Both the position numbers and the translations under genes were made by a program. DNA of 64,000 nt from an uncultured Alphaproteobacteria bacterium (GTDB lineage: Bacteria; Pseudomonadota; Alphaproteobacteria; Rs-D84): contig CALXML010000006.1 in assembly GCA_944389465.1 (NCBI GenBank), forward strand, positions 13 through 64,012. Reading direction: 5' to 3'. The notes below the pieces were generated by a model. The model saw only the letters and a list, made by a program, of their open reading frames with translations. It searched no databases and had not been told where the DNA came from. The number at the start of each line of letters is the position of its first letter. The first letter of the stretch is position 1. Positions 1-9,241 of this stretch are shown piece by piece.

Positions 1-49
1 TAATATCGTGTTAGTATGAATAATGCAAGGGGCATTTATGTCCCGTTTT

Positions 50-766
50 TTATTCCAATACTTGTTTTTGTAATTCGATTAATTTTTTGCACCCATCGGT
101 GGCCATATCCATTAACTGTTCAATCTGGTCGCGGTCAAATGGGTGTTGTTCACCAGTTGCCTGAATTTCGATAAATTTACCGTCACCAGATACAACAAAG
201 TTTGAATCCATTTCAGCGACACAATCTTCGTCATAATCCAAATCCAATATCAATTCGCCGTTCCACAGACCTGCTGAAATTGCGGCAACATAATCCCGTA
301 TAGGGTTTTCGCGTATGCGTCCCGCATCAATCAGCCACCGCACTGCCAGCACCAGTGCCACGTACCCGCCAGTGACCGCCGCGCAACGTGTCCCGCCGTC
401 GGCCTGAATCACATCACAGTCGATTGTTATTGTGTGCCGCCCCAGTTTTTCCATATCAACGACACTGCGCATTGCACGGCCAATCAGGCGCGAAATTTCC
501 GCGCTGCGATGATCCTTCATCAAAGTTTCGCGACCCTTGCGCGTGCCGTTTGCGCGCGGCAACATTGAATATTCTGCCGTAACCCAACCGCCGGTTTTAT
601 TCTGTATTCGTTTCCAAAGTGGCTGATTCATTTCAACTGATGCGGTGCATAAAACCTGGGTCCCGCCCATTTTTATCAGGCACGAACCTTCGGCCCACTT
701 GTTGACACCGGTTTCCATCGAAACGGGGCGAATTTGGTCGGTTTTGCGCATAGATGGTCGCATCAT
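50..766 (-). CDS. rph: ribonuclease PH
   Basis: 238-aa ORF with RNase PH hallmarks: MRPSxRxxDQIRPV N-terminus, GSCLIKMGGTQVLCTAS, TAEYSMLPRA, DCDVIQADGGTR. Length is typical. Confidence 0.9.
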   Translation of the reverse strand: MMRPSMRKTDQIRPVSMETGVNKWAEGSCLIKMGGTQVLCTASVEMNQPLWKRIQNKTGGWVTAEYSMLPRANGTRKGRETLMKDHRSAEISRLIGRAMRSVVDMEKLGRHTITIDCDVIQADGGTRCAAVTGGYVALVLAVRWLIDAGRIRENPIRDYVAAISAGLWNGELILDLDYDEDCVAEMDSNFVVSGDGKFIEIQATGEQHPFDRDQIEQLMDMATDGCKKLIELQKQVLE

Positions 767-889
767 AAATAAATCCTTTGTTTTTGAATTGCTGTATACT
801 ATATAATAAAGGGACAGGATTGCAATGCTTTTTGCATTTGCTTTTTTACTGCTATGCGTGTATCCTGTCCAGTCGGTAAAAGGATTTTT

Positions 890-1912
890 ATGTCAGCCAA
901 GGCAAAACGCTTGTTCAAAAAGTTAGTTAGTTATTCAGGCATTTTTTTCTTTGCACTGGCCGCCTTTATGTTGTGGTGGCAATTGCGTGAATACAGTTTA
1001 TCAGATATTTTTCATGCATTGATAAATATACCTGTGATTAATTTAATTGCGGCGTGTATTGCGTGTGTGGCGGGCTATGTTTGCTTGTCTATGTATGATT
1101 TTTTGGCATTGCGGTATATTGGCGCACGTGTTTCGTGGTGGAAATGGATGCTGGCGGGGATGCTGGGGTTTGCAATCAGTAATAATGCCGGTAACGCTGT
1201 GGTCAGTGGTGGCGCAATTCGCTACAGATTATATACACGGTGGCGCATCAGTGGCGGCGACATTGTGAAAATGATAACTTTTTCGGGGTTAACGTTCTTT
1301 CTGGGATGCTCTGCCATTGTTATAATAGGATATTTTTTAGTCCCATCACGTATTTTGGAACAGTCTGTCGGGGCCAGTGTCGGCATAAACACGCTGTTTA
1401 TCATATGCGCTGCGGCCGTATTGGCTTATTTTGCGGTAACACTGTTTTTCAGCAAAAAAAGCATAAAGGTTGGCAACATAAAATTCCAAGTGCCAACAAC
1501 AAAAACGGCGTTGTTTCAAACCCTGTTGGGCGCAACAGACAGTGTTTTGGCCGGACTGGTCCTGTATTTTTGCCTGTTGCCGTTTGTGCAAATTCCATTT
1601 GGCACGTACATCGGATTGTTTGTAATCGCACAGGCAACGGGTGTTTTCAGTCAGGTCCCCGGTGGAATTGGCGTATTTGAAAGTATATTTTTGTTGGCAT
1701 TGCCCGATGGTGTGGACAAGGCGGACATATTTGGCGCATTGTTGGCGTACAGAATAATATATTACGTATTACCACTGATTGGCGTTGGGGGGCTGTTTTT
1801 CATATATGAAAATTGGCTGCGTTCGCGGATGAAGCGTTGGCTGGCCGAGGCCAAGGATAAAATCCCCCATATCCCACACAAGGTAAAAAAATCCACCCCC
1901 AGAAAAAAATAA
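890..1912 (+). CDS. integral membrane protein, lysylphosphatidylglycerol-synthase TM-domain (UPF0104) like
   Basis: Multi-pass hydrophobic ORF with the C-proximal QVPGGIGVFES motif typical of this family. ATG at 890 follows AAAGGA; the in-frame ATG at 854 lacks an RBS. Confidence 0.6.
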   Translation: MSAKAKRLFKKLVSYSGIFFFALAAFMLWWQLREYSLSDIFHALINIPVINLIAACIACVAGYVCLSMYDFLALRYIGARVSWWKWMLAGMLGFAISNNAGNAVVSGGAIRYRLYTRWRISGGDIVKMITFSGLTFFLGCSAIVIIGYFLVPSRILEQSVGASVGINTLFIICAAAVLAYFAVTLFFSKKSIKVGNIKFQVPTTKTALFQTLLGATDSVLAGLVLYFCLLPFVQIPFGTYIGLFVIAQATGVFSQVPGGIGVFESIFLLALPDGVDKADIFGALLAYRIIYYVLPLIGVGGLFFIYENWLRSRMKRWLAEAKDKIPHIPHKVKKSTPRKK

Positions 1913-2118
1913 ATACCTTGCTTGCGCGGGCCTGTCATGTTATGCTGATGGGTAACGTATGAAATGGGGTTGATATAAAGTGTTTATATTATCACTATTT
2001 TTTCTAATTCGATACGCGCTGATTGTTATCGTGGCGCACTCTCTTGGCATGGGCTGGGACGCCCCACAGGGACGGATTATTGCCATTCCATACGCATATA
2101 ACATAAAAGGATTACTAA

Positions 2119-3915
2119 ATGTCAAAGAAGATTTATGTGGACGCGGTCCACCCAGAGGAAACCCGTGTTGTGGTGGTGGATACTGCCACGAACCGTGTTT
2201 CTGATTTTGACGTTGAAACAACCACCAAACCCCAGATAAAAGGGAACATTTATCTGGCCAAGGTTATTCGCGTTGAACCTTCCTTGCAGGCGGCATTCGT
2301 TGATTATGGTTCGGGAAAAAATGGATTTCTGCCGTTTTCTGAAATTCATCCGGACTATTATCAGGTAACCCCAGAACAAAAGAAAAAGTTACTGGAATTG
2401 GCGCATGCCAACATTGTTGACGACGACGACGACCCCGATGACGAGGCTGATGAAGTCGCCGAATACGATGACCACAGCGCGGGCGAGGATAACAAAGAAC
2501 TGGTCAAACGTTCGCACGAATTTAAAATTCAGGACGTTATAAAACCAAAACAAATCTTATTGGTCCAAGGGGTCAAGGAAGAACGCGGTCAAAAGGGCGC
2601 GTCTATGACAACATATTTGTCATTGGCGGGACGTTTTGCCGTGTTAATGCCTAATTCCCGCAAGCGTAACAGTTACGGTATTTCCAAAAAAATTTCGGAC
2701 AAGGCCGAACGTGCCCGTCTGCGTGAAATTTTGCACGATTTGAAAATACCCAAGGGCATGACTGTCGTCCTGCGCACTGCGGCAATGGGCGCGAATCCGG
2801 TTGATATTGCCAAGGATTATGATTATCTGGTAAATCTGTGGAATGAAATTCGTAAAACCACATTGGAATCTGTTGCGCCGGTTACCATTCATACCGAAGA
2901 TTCCCTGTTGCGTCGCGTTGTCCGTGACTTTTTGTCTGACAAGGATGATGTTCTGATTATTCAGGGCGAAGAGGCTTATGACGCCGCCAAGCAATATTTT
3001 CAGCAAATGTATGGTCGCGCGCCACGTAAACAGTTGGTGCAATATCGTGATGCCGCCGTTCCATTAATGGTCAAGGCCGGCGTTGAAAAACAACTGGAGG
3101 GTCTGCACGGCCCATACGTCCAATTGCCATCCGGCGGTTCATTGGTTATTAACCAGACCGAGGCAATGGTTACAATTGACGTTAATTCATCACGCGCGAT
3201 AAAGGAAAAAGATATTGAACAAACGGCATTAAATACTAATCTAGAGGCCGCCGAAGAAATCGCCCTGCAATTGCGCCTGCGTGATTTGGCGGGCATTGTC
3301 GCGATTGACTTTATTGATATGGAAGAAGAAAAGAACAATCGCAAACTGGAAACCAAAATGCGCGAGGTTATGAAGCGCGACCGTGCACGTACACAGGTGG
3401 CAAAAATTAATAACTTTGGCGTGTTAATGTTGTCGCGTCAACGTCTGCGCAGCAGTTTTATGGAATCGTCGTATGTTCAGTGCCCGCACTGTATGGGGGC
3501 GGGGGTTGTGCCGTCTATTCAAACATCGGCCATAATACTGTTCCGTCATCTGCAGGAAAAATTGCTGGCCAAAAGTGCCCAGAAAATCATTATGACCGTT
3601 CCAACGGACGTTGCGATTTATCTGTTAAATCATAAACGCGCGGAATTGGCCGCAATGGAATCTGAATTTGATACGGAAATAGTCATTGTTGGGGACGACA
3701 GTTTAATGAATATTGAACAATATTCAATTCAGCGTGTCGCACCCGAACAAAATAAAACCGAAGATTTGCTGGGTGCATACGCACCGTCAACAGATGCGAA
3801 AAAGAAAAACGCCCAGCATGCGGATGCGAAAAAAACAACAATGAACGCACCCCATCGCAAGCGTAAAAAGCAACCATCCAAACATAAAACCATTTGGCAA
3901 AAATTGGTTGGGTAA
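2119..3915 (+). CDS. rne: ribonuclease E/G family endoribonuclease
   Basis: S1 domain (GNIYLAKVIRVEPSLQAAFVDYG), Zn-link CPHCMGAG, acidic insert DDDDDPDDEADE, lysine-rich tail. RBS AAAGGA lies upstream. Confidence 0.85.
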   Translation: MSKKIYVDAVHPEETRVVVVDTATNRVSDFDVETTTKPQIKGNIYLAKVIRVEPSLQAAFVDYGSGKNGFLPFSEIHPDYYQVTPEQKKKLLELAHANIVDDDDDPDDEADEVAEYDDHSAGEDNKELVKRSHEFKIQDVIKPKQILLVQGVKEERGQKGASMTTYLSLAGRFAVLMPNSRKRNSYGISKKISDKAERARLREILHDLKIPKGMTVVLRTAAMGANPVDIAKDYDYLVNLWNEIRKTTLESVAPVTIHTEDSLLRRVVRDFLSDKDDVLIIQGEEAYDAAKQYFQQMYGRAPRKQLVQYRDAAVPLMVKAGVEKQLEGLHGPYVQLPSGGSLVINQTEAMVTIDVNSSRAIKEKDIEQTALNTNLEAAEEIALQLRLRDLAGIVAIDFIDMEEEKNNRKLETKMREVMKRDRARTQVAKINNFGVLMLSRQRLRSSFMESSYVQCPHCMGAGVVPSIQTSAIILFRHLQEKLLAKSAQKIIMTVPTDVAIYLLNHKRAELAAMESEFDTEIVIVGDDSLMNIEQYSIQRVAPEQNKTEDLLGAYAPSTDAKKKNAQHADAKKTTMNAPHRKRKKQPSKHKTIWQKLVG

Positions 3916-3939
3916 AAAACGGGGCATTGCCCCGTTTTT
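3914..3939 (+). terminator. rho-independent terminator after rne
   Basis: AACGGGGCATTGCCCCGTTTTT hairpin plus T-run directly after the stop codon. Confidence 0.75.
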
Positions 3940-4133
3940 GTTAGAGTGCAGAGTACAGATAACAGAGAAAGTTACTCGTGTTTGTGTACAGTCCACCGTC
4001 CTTGTCATTGCGAGCCACGTCAGTGGCGTGGCAATCCATAAAAACGCATTTGCGGACGCAAATAAGTTTATATTAACTGGATTGCTTCGCTTTGCTCGCA
4101 ATGACAAAGGTGTGGAATGACAGCGGTCATTCC
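3914..4133. repeat. dispersed terminator-carrying palindromic repeat, full copy
   Basis: Shares about 100 nt with 14167-14306 (terminator hairpin, GTTAGAGTGCAG..ACAGATAACAGAGA.AGTTACTCGTGTTTGTGTACAGTCCAC.GTCCTTGTCATTGCGAGC). Internal inverted repeat CTTGTCATTGCGAGC (4001-4015) / GCTCGCAATGACAAAG (4094-4109), ending in hairpin GGAATGAC-AGCG-GTCATTCC. Confidence 0.8.
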
Positions 4134-4408
4134 AACGGGCATGCGGACGTATATTCGTATGTACCGGATGCATCCGTATAACTGACACCGGTTGGCGCAA
4201 ACATTATGCATGAACCGGACGGACTGGATACCAAACAGCTGTCCGCCGTGCCGGCGGATGTGTATCCGGTGGGGCAATTATAGGCCTCCGCAATAGTCAT
4301 ATATTTCTCTTCTATTGTTACATAACCCGATGGACACGATGTTGATGGTGCGACGGCAAATGATGCACACGGCGCAATGGCCATAATTAAAACAAAAATT
4401 CTTTTCAT
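4127..4408 (-). CDS. small secreted Cys-rich protein (93 aa)
   Basis: Internal ATG at 4408 preceded by GTGGGGG. Signal peptide MKRIFVLIMAIAPCASFA and 6 Cys. C-terminal SGTYEYTSAC resembles TGTYTYTRDC in the 51867-52448 protein. Confidence 0.55.
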   Translation of the reverse strand: MKRIFVLIMAIAPCASFAVAPSTSCPSGYVTIEEKYMTIAEAYNCPTGYTSAGTADSCLVSSPSGSCIMFAPTGVSYTDASGTYEYTSACPLE

Positions 4409-4422
4409 ATTTGCCCCCACAT

Positions 4423-4875
4423 TTAATCGGACAGATAATTGAACAACCCAGACCGGAAAGACGCATTGGACGCTGCGAAGTCCGCACAGTTGATCGCGCA
4501 ACGGGAGGCACAAGCAGACGCCGTCCCGCGGGCGTTGGCGAACACCCAAGACGACACGGCCGGTGATATCATTTTGCACCAGCAATACTTGTCATCAGTA
4601 CCGCCACTAACTTCCAAAGACGTCGTTGTTTGGTCAGCTGAACTGCCACTTGTGCTGGAACATTGACTTATGCCCCTTATTGCAACACTCGTCCCACTGG
4701 ATGTACAATTTGATGTCCAGTCAACAACATTACTCTCGGGATTAAGATAGGAACACGTTGTTGATGATGTTAATTTTACGCATTTGGTAACTTGGGCTGC
4801 CGGTGCGGGTACCGCGTTGGCCGGTGGAATTGTGGCCACACAAATCAGGCCGGCAATTAATATTTTTGATTTCAT
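4423..4875 (-). CDS. secreted Cys/Ser/Thr-rich protein (150 aa)
   Basis: Signal peptide MKSKILIAGLICVATIPPANA, 10 Cys, RBS AAGGAG upstream. Forms a tandem operon with 4127-4408. Confidence 0.6.
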   Translation of the reverse strand: MKSKILIAGLICVATIPPANAVPAPAAQVTKCVKLTSSTTCSYLNPESNVVDWTSNCTSSGTSVAIRGISQCSSTSGSSADQTTTSLEVSGGTDDKYCWCKMISPAVSSWVFANARGTASACASRCAINCADFAASNASFRSGLFNYLSD

Positions 4876-5078
4876 TGTGAACTCTCCTTGTGTTTGGGTA
4901 AAACAAAAACCACCGAAATTAAGGTGGTTGGAGGTTCATAGCTATATCAGGTATAGTGTGCTTATTCTATATATTCGCAGCCCTCCAACCCAAAACAGTT
5001 GGAGCATTTTTACATCTTGATTTGATGCCTGAAAACGGGCTATGACACCCCATCAATGGAACACCCATTGACAAAATA
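4876..5078 (-). promoter_or_regulatory. conserved structured 5' leader (copy 1) with intrinsic terminator
   Basis: Aligns block-wise with 51630-51866. Hairpin 5053-5071, hairpin 4983-5004, terminator ACCACC-N8-GGTGGTTTTT at 4905-4928 (minus-strand sense). See findings. Confidence 0.55.
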
Positions 5079-5107
5079 ATTCTACAGCACGCGCCCATAT
5101 AATGCAA
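5079..5107 (-). promoter_or_regulatory. sigma70-like promoter of the Cys-rich operon
   Basis: TTGCAT (5107-5102) - 17 nt - TAGAAT (5084-5079) on the minus strand. Positionally equivalent to TTGCTT-17-TAACAT at 51601-51629. Confidence 0.5.
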
Positions 5108-5162
5108 GATTAAAACTTTTTATTATTGCCATTTTTGTATATTTTGACTAATTTTATAGTAT

Positions 5163-7223
5163 ATGAGGCGCGAATTATTTGAATTTTTAAATACTGACCT
5201 GCAGTTTATCAAGGGCGTTGGCCCAGTTCTGGCCACGCGGTTTAATGATGTGTTGGGTGGCCGGCGCGTGTTGGATTTTATGTTGCATACGCCCGCGTAT
5301 ATTCGCGCACGCGGAATTACTGAAAATGTGGCCGATGCCAATGCGGGTGACATTATAACAATACCCTTATTGGTTAAATCGCACAGGGCCGGCGGCACAT
5401 TTCGTGGTCATCGCCGTCCCACGCAAATTACATGTGCCGACAAAATGGGCAACACTGTAATTTTACAGTTTTTTAATGTGAACTTTCTGGATTATTGGCT
5501 GAAAAAATTGCCAATTGGCGAATGGCGTATGGTCAGTGGTAAATTGGAACGCAACCCGCGACCGACGATAAATCATCCTGATTTCATAGAAGAAATGCAA
5601 AACGCAAATAAAATACCATCTGTTCAGGCGATTTATCCCGCAGGCGAGGGATTAACACAAAAAACTTTTGCCAATGTGCGCGACCAGATTTTTAATATTT
5701 TGCCGGATAAAATTTCCGGCGAACCGGATGATAATGTTCGTGAATTTTTTGATGCGTTACGTCATGTGCATTATCCTGAAACGGCCGATGATTTATCACC
5801 AAATTCGCCATATGTTGTAAAACTGGCGTATTGGGAATTATTGGCGCACCAAACGGCAATTGTAATCAGCCGTCGCAATCGCACCGATGTGCGCAATCAT
5901 CGCACTGTGCGGCCAAAGAAGTATGATTTAATGGGCAAATTTTACGCGGTGCTGCCGTTTTCAATGACGGGGGCACAAACGCGAACTTTGCGGGAAATAT
6001 TTGCTGATTTGGCGCGTGACGTACCAATGATGCGTCTGGTTCAGGGCGATGTGGGCAGTGGTAAAACAATTGTCGCATTGGCGGCGGCGGTAAAAATGGC
6101 TGAATCTGGGGCACAAACAGCATTACTGGCCCCCACAGATACACTGGCCCAGCAACATTATGCAAAAATAAAGCCGATGTGCGATAAAATGGGTATCGTG
6201 TGCGATGTTTTAACCGGTCGGGACAAGGGCGCGTCCCGTCGTGAAAAATTAGTATCGCTGCGTTCGGGTCGCACAAAAATAGTTGTTGGCACTCATGCGT
6301 TGTTTTCCGACGATGTTGAATATCGTGATTTGGGTTTGGTAATTGTTGATGAACAACATCGCTTTGGGGTTTCCCAACGCGAAGCATTACGGGCCAAGGG
6401 CAATAATCCTGATTTGTTGGCACTGTCCGCAACGCCGATTCCGCGTACTTTATCCATGACAATATATGGCGATATGGACGTATCGGTTATAAATGAAAAG
6501 CCCGCCGGCCGATTGCCAATTATCACGACCAAGTTACCAATTGCGCGTATTAACGAATTGATTGCGCGTCTGCGTGTACAAATAGATTCTGGTGCAAAGG
6601 TTTTCTGGGTCTGTCCATTGGTGGATGAATCCGACACGTCCAATTTAACCGCTGTAAATGCGCGATATGATGAATTACAGAAAATATTTCCGCATGCGGG
6701 GTTGGTGCACGGCCAAATGGATAAAAAGCAGCGCGATGCTGTAATGGCCAAATTTGCAGATGATAATTCAGATATGCGCCTGTTGGTTGCCACCACGGTC
6801 ATAGAGGTTGGCATTGACGTCCCCCGTGCAACAATAATTGTTATTGAAAACGCGGAACGGTTTGGTTTGGCGGCGTTGCATCAGTTGCGTGGGCGTGTGG
6901 GACGCGGGAATTTACAGTCGTATTGCATATTACTGTATGGGGGCAACATCAGTGAAATGGGACTGAAACGTTTGGATGTATTAACAGAAACAGATGATGG
7001 CTTTGCCATTGCAGAACAGGATTTAATTATGCGTGGCACGGGCGAATTATTGGGCACGCGGCAAAGTGGTTGGATAAATTATCATTTTGTGGATTACGCA
7101 CGTCATCGGGATTTATTCAAATTGGCGGCGGCCGCTGCACGTGATAATGTTGATATAACAAACGACACGTGGACGCGTGATTTGATGTTTATATTTGACC
7201 GTGGGGTGACAATCGGTGCGTAA
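5163..7223 (+). CDS. recG: ATP-dependent DNA helicase RecG
   Basis: 686 aa with GDVGSGKT Walker A, VDEQHRFG motif II, QLRGRVGRG motif VI and an N-terminal wedge region. Confidence 0.9.
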   Translation: MRRELFEFLNTDLQFIKGVGPVLATRFNDVLGGRRVLDFMLHTPAYIRARGITENVADANAGDIITIPLLVKSHRAGGTFRGHRRPTQITCADKMGNTVILQFFNVNFLDYWLKKLPIGEWRMVSGKLERNPRPTINHPDFIEEMQNANKIPSVQAIYPAGEGLTQKTFANVRDQIFNILPDKISGEPDDNVREFFDALRHVHYPETADDLSPNSPYVVKLAYWELLAHQTAIVISRRNRTDVRNHRTVRPKKYDLMGKFYAVLPFSMTGAQTRTLREIFADLARDVPMMRLVQGDVGSGKTIVALAAAVKMAESGAQTALLAPTDTLAQQHYAKIKPMCDKMGIVCDVLTGRDKGASRREKLVSLRSGRTKIVVGTHALFSDDVEYRDLGLVIVDEQHRFGVSQREALRAKGNNPDLLALSATPIPRTLSMTIYGDMDVSVINEKPAGRLPIITTKLPIARINELIARLRVQIDSGAKVFWVCPLVDESDTSNLTAVNARYDELQKIFPHAGLVHGQMDKKQRDAVMAKFADDNSDMRLLVATTVIEVGIDVPRATIIVIENAERFGLAALHQLRGRVGRGNLQSYCILLYGGNISEMGLKRLDVLTETDDGFAIAEQDLIMRGTGELLGTRQSGWINYHFVDYARHRDLFKLAAAAARDNVDITNDTWTRDLMFIFDRGVTIGA

Positions 7224-8514
7224 AATATTTGTAATTTTATTATGCGCAATATTTTCAATATCCGCACACGCGGCATCATTGATTAATGATACAGAAACAG
7301 AACGCGTTTTAACGAAATTAATAGAACCTTTGGCGACCGCGGCGGATATCCCATCGGGGCGTCTGCGTGTGCATATTATCGGCAGTAATGAATTTAATGC
7401 ATTCGTTATGGGGGGCGAGGATGTATATGTTTACACCGGATTGCTGACGCAAATAAAATCCCCAGATGCATTACAGGCCGTTGTTGCCCACGAATTGGGC
7501 CACACGCTGGGCGGGCATATGGCGCAAATGGCCGACCGGATGAGTGCCGAAATGACACGTACTATGTTAATTCAGGCATTGGGTGTTGGACTGATGGCGT
7601 TGGGTGGCGACCCGTCGTTGGGGGCGGGTGTATTGGCGGGTTCCAGTGGCGTTGCCCAGCAATCTATGTTGGCATTCACACGGGACGAGGAACGCATTGC
7701 TGACGATATGGGATTAAAATTAATGATACGTGCAAAATTAAATCCAGATGGTTTTATTCAGGTTTTTGAACAAATGGAACATATGACGGGCGCGTTGGAA
7801 TCACGTATTAATCCAAACAGAATAAATCACCCGCTGACCGCAGAACGGTTAAGCAATGTTCGGGCACATATTTCTGAAATGGATTCTGATTACAACGCCA
7901 CAAATGCACCAACAGATGCGCAACGCGCGGAATATGAATTGGTGCGTGCTAAACTGATTGGGTATTTGGACAGTGCCGCCAATGTCGCAACCGCATATCC
8001 AAATTCTGATACATCCGATGCTGCATTATATGCGCGTGCAATCGCGCGTATGCAGGCGGGCAATCTGGACGATGCACGTGTGGGAACATTAACATTAATA
8101 TCCCGAAATCCCGACAATCCGTATTTTTATGAATTGTTGGGGGATATAGAATATCAATTGGGGCACTATGATGACAGTGTGGACGCATATGAACACAGTT
8201 TGGAATTATTAAATGATAATGCGCCACAAATTGAAACTGCGCTGGCACTGGTATTGGCCGAACGTAATAAAACGGGTGACCGCGACCGTGCAATTGAAAT
8301 GTGTAAACGTGCATTATTGACCACGCCAATGCCGCTAACTTATTGGGTGTTGGCGCGTGCATATGGCGATGACGACGGGCGTGCAAATTGGGCGCGTGCA
8401 GAATATTATAATATGATTGGGAAACCAGAACGCGCGCGTGAATATGCACGCCGTGCCCAAAAATTATTAAAACCAAATACCCCTGAATATATCAAAGCCG
8501 GCGATTTATTATAG
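7216..8514 (+). CDS. M48 family metallopeptidase with TPR-like C-terminal domain (BepA/YfgC-like)
   Basis: Signal peptide, HELGH zinc motif, helical-repeat C-terminus. GTG start overlaps the recG stop by 8 nt. Confidence 0.8.
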   Translation: MRKIFVILLCAIFSISAHAASLINDTETERVLTKLIEPLATAADIPSGRLRVHIIGSNEFNAFVMGGEDVYVYTGLLTQIKSPDALQAVVAHELGHTLGGHMAQMADRMSAEMTRTMLIQALGVGLMALGGDPSLGAGVLAGSSGVAQQSMLAFTRDEERIADDMGLKLMIRAKLNPDGFIQVFEQMEHMTGALESRINPNRINHPLTAERLSNVRAHISEMDSDYNATNAPTDAQRAEYELVRAKLIGYLDSAANVATAYPNSDTSDAALYARAIARMQAGNLDDARVGTLTLISRNPDNPYFYELLGDIEYQLGHYDDSVDAYEHSLELLNDNAPQIETALALVLAERNKTGDRDRAIEMCKRALLTTPMPLTYWVLARAYGDDDGRANWARAEYYNMIGKPERAREYARRAQKLLKPNTPEYIKAGDLL

Positions 8515-8518
8515 GAAT

Positions 8519-9199
8519 TTATCGGGTCGTATGCGTTGGTGTTTCTGTTAATGCATTCCCCAATAATTGTTCAAAGTGCATTGATGCAAACGCATCTGAA
8601 TCCAGCCAATCTGTGATATGACCCAAAATATTTTTTATATATTTTGCAGCGATGCGTTTATTTTTTCTGAAACTGTGTTCATTAATTAATTGGGATATTT
8701 CGCGCATTATTGTTGCCACAGATTGTATTTCATCAGCAGACAAAACATTTGCATTTGAATTATGATAAATCAATTCGTTCAGTTCATTGTGTACCGCACG
8801 CAATGCTGTCAGTGAATTTTCCGTTATTTTCAGGTGTGACGCAATATAATTAACACTTAAATCGCCCATATTATTCAGTGATGTAAAGGTTAATTTTCCA
8901 CGTTGTCCTGTTATTTGTCTGATTATCATTGTTAATTTTAGTAATGTTACACTGATTTTATCGCCCATATTATCAGATAAATTCTTTTTCAATTGTTTGG
9001 ATACGCGGTAATTAGAATAATCATACAATAAAAACACCAATGGTATGGATAACAATGATGCAGAAATATTGTTTATTAAATCTGCCACACTGGGGTTGTG
9101 AATATCGTCTTTGGTAACAATAAATAATACCAGTCCGCCGGCCACAGACAAAACATACGGTATCATTTTTAAAATTGTATTACGCAGATTAATTTTCAT
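8519..9199 (-). CDS. hypothetical membrane protein
   Basis: 226-aa ORF with two N-terminal TM helices. No family recognised. Confidence 0.5.
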   Translation of the reverse strand: MKINLRNTILKMIPYVLSVAGGLVLFIVTKDDIHNPSVADLINNISASLLSIPLVFLLYDYSNYRVSKQLKKNLSDNMGDKISVTLLKLTMIIRQITGQRGKLTFTSLNNMGDLSVNYIASHLKITENSLTALRAVHNELNELIYHNSNANVLSADEIQSVATIMREISQLINEHSFRKNKRIAAKYIKNILGHITDWLDSDAFASMHFEQLLGNALTETPTHTTR

Positions 9200-9241
9200 A
9201 CCGATATTTTAATCAATCGGATATGATAAATATATAGGAAA

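Noticed and set aside
3908-4120. 70-aa ORF (and 14198-14395, 14293-14490, 3787-4200) within the dispersed repeat
   Set aside because: They translate the palindromic repeat (..LRFARNDKGVE, ..VIASKAKQSS..), a typical spurious product of REP/MITE-like elements.
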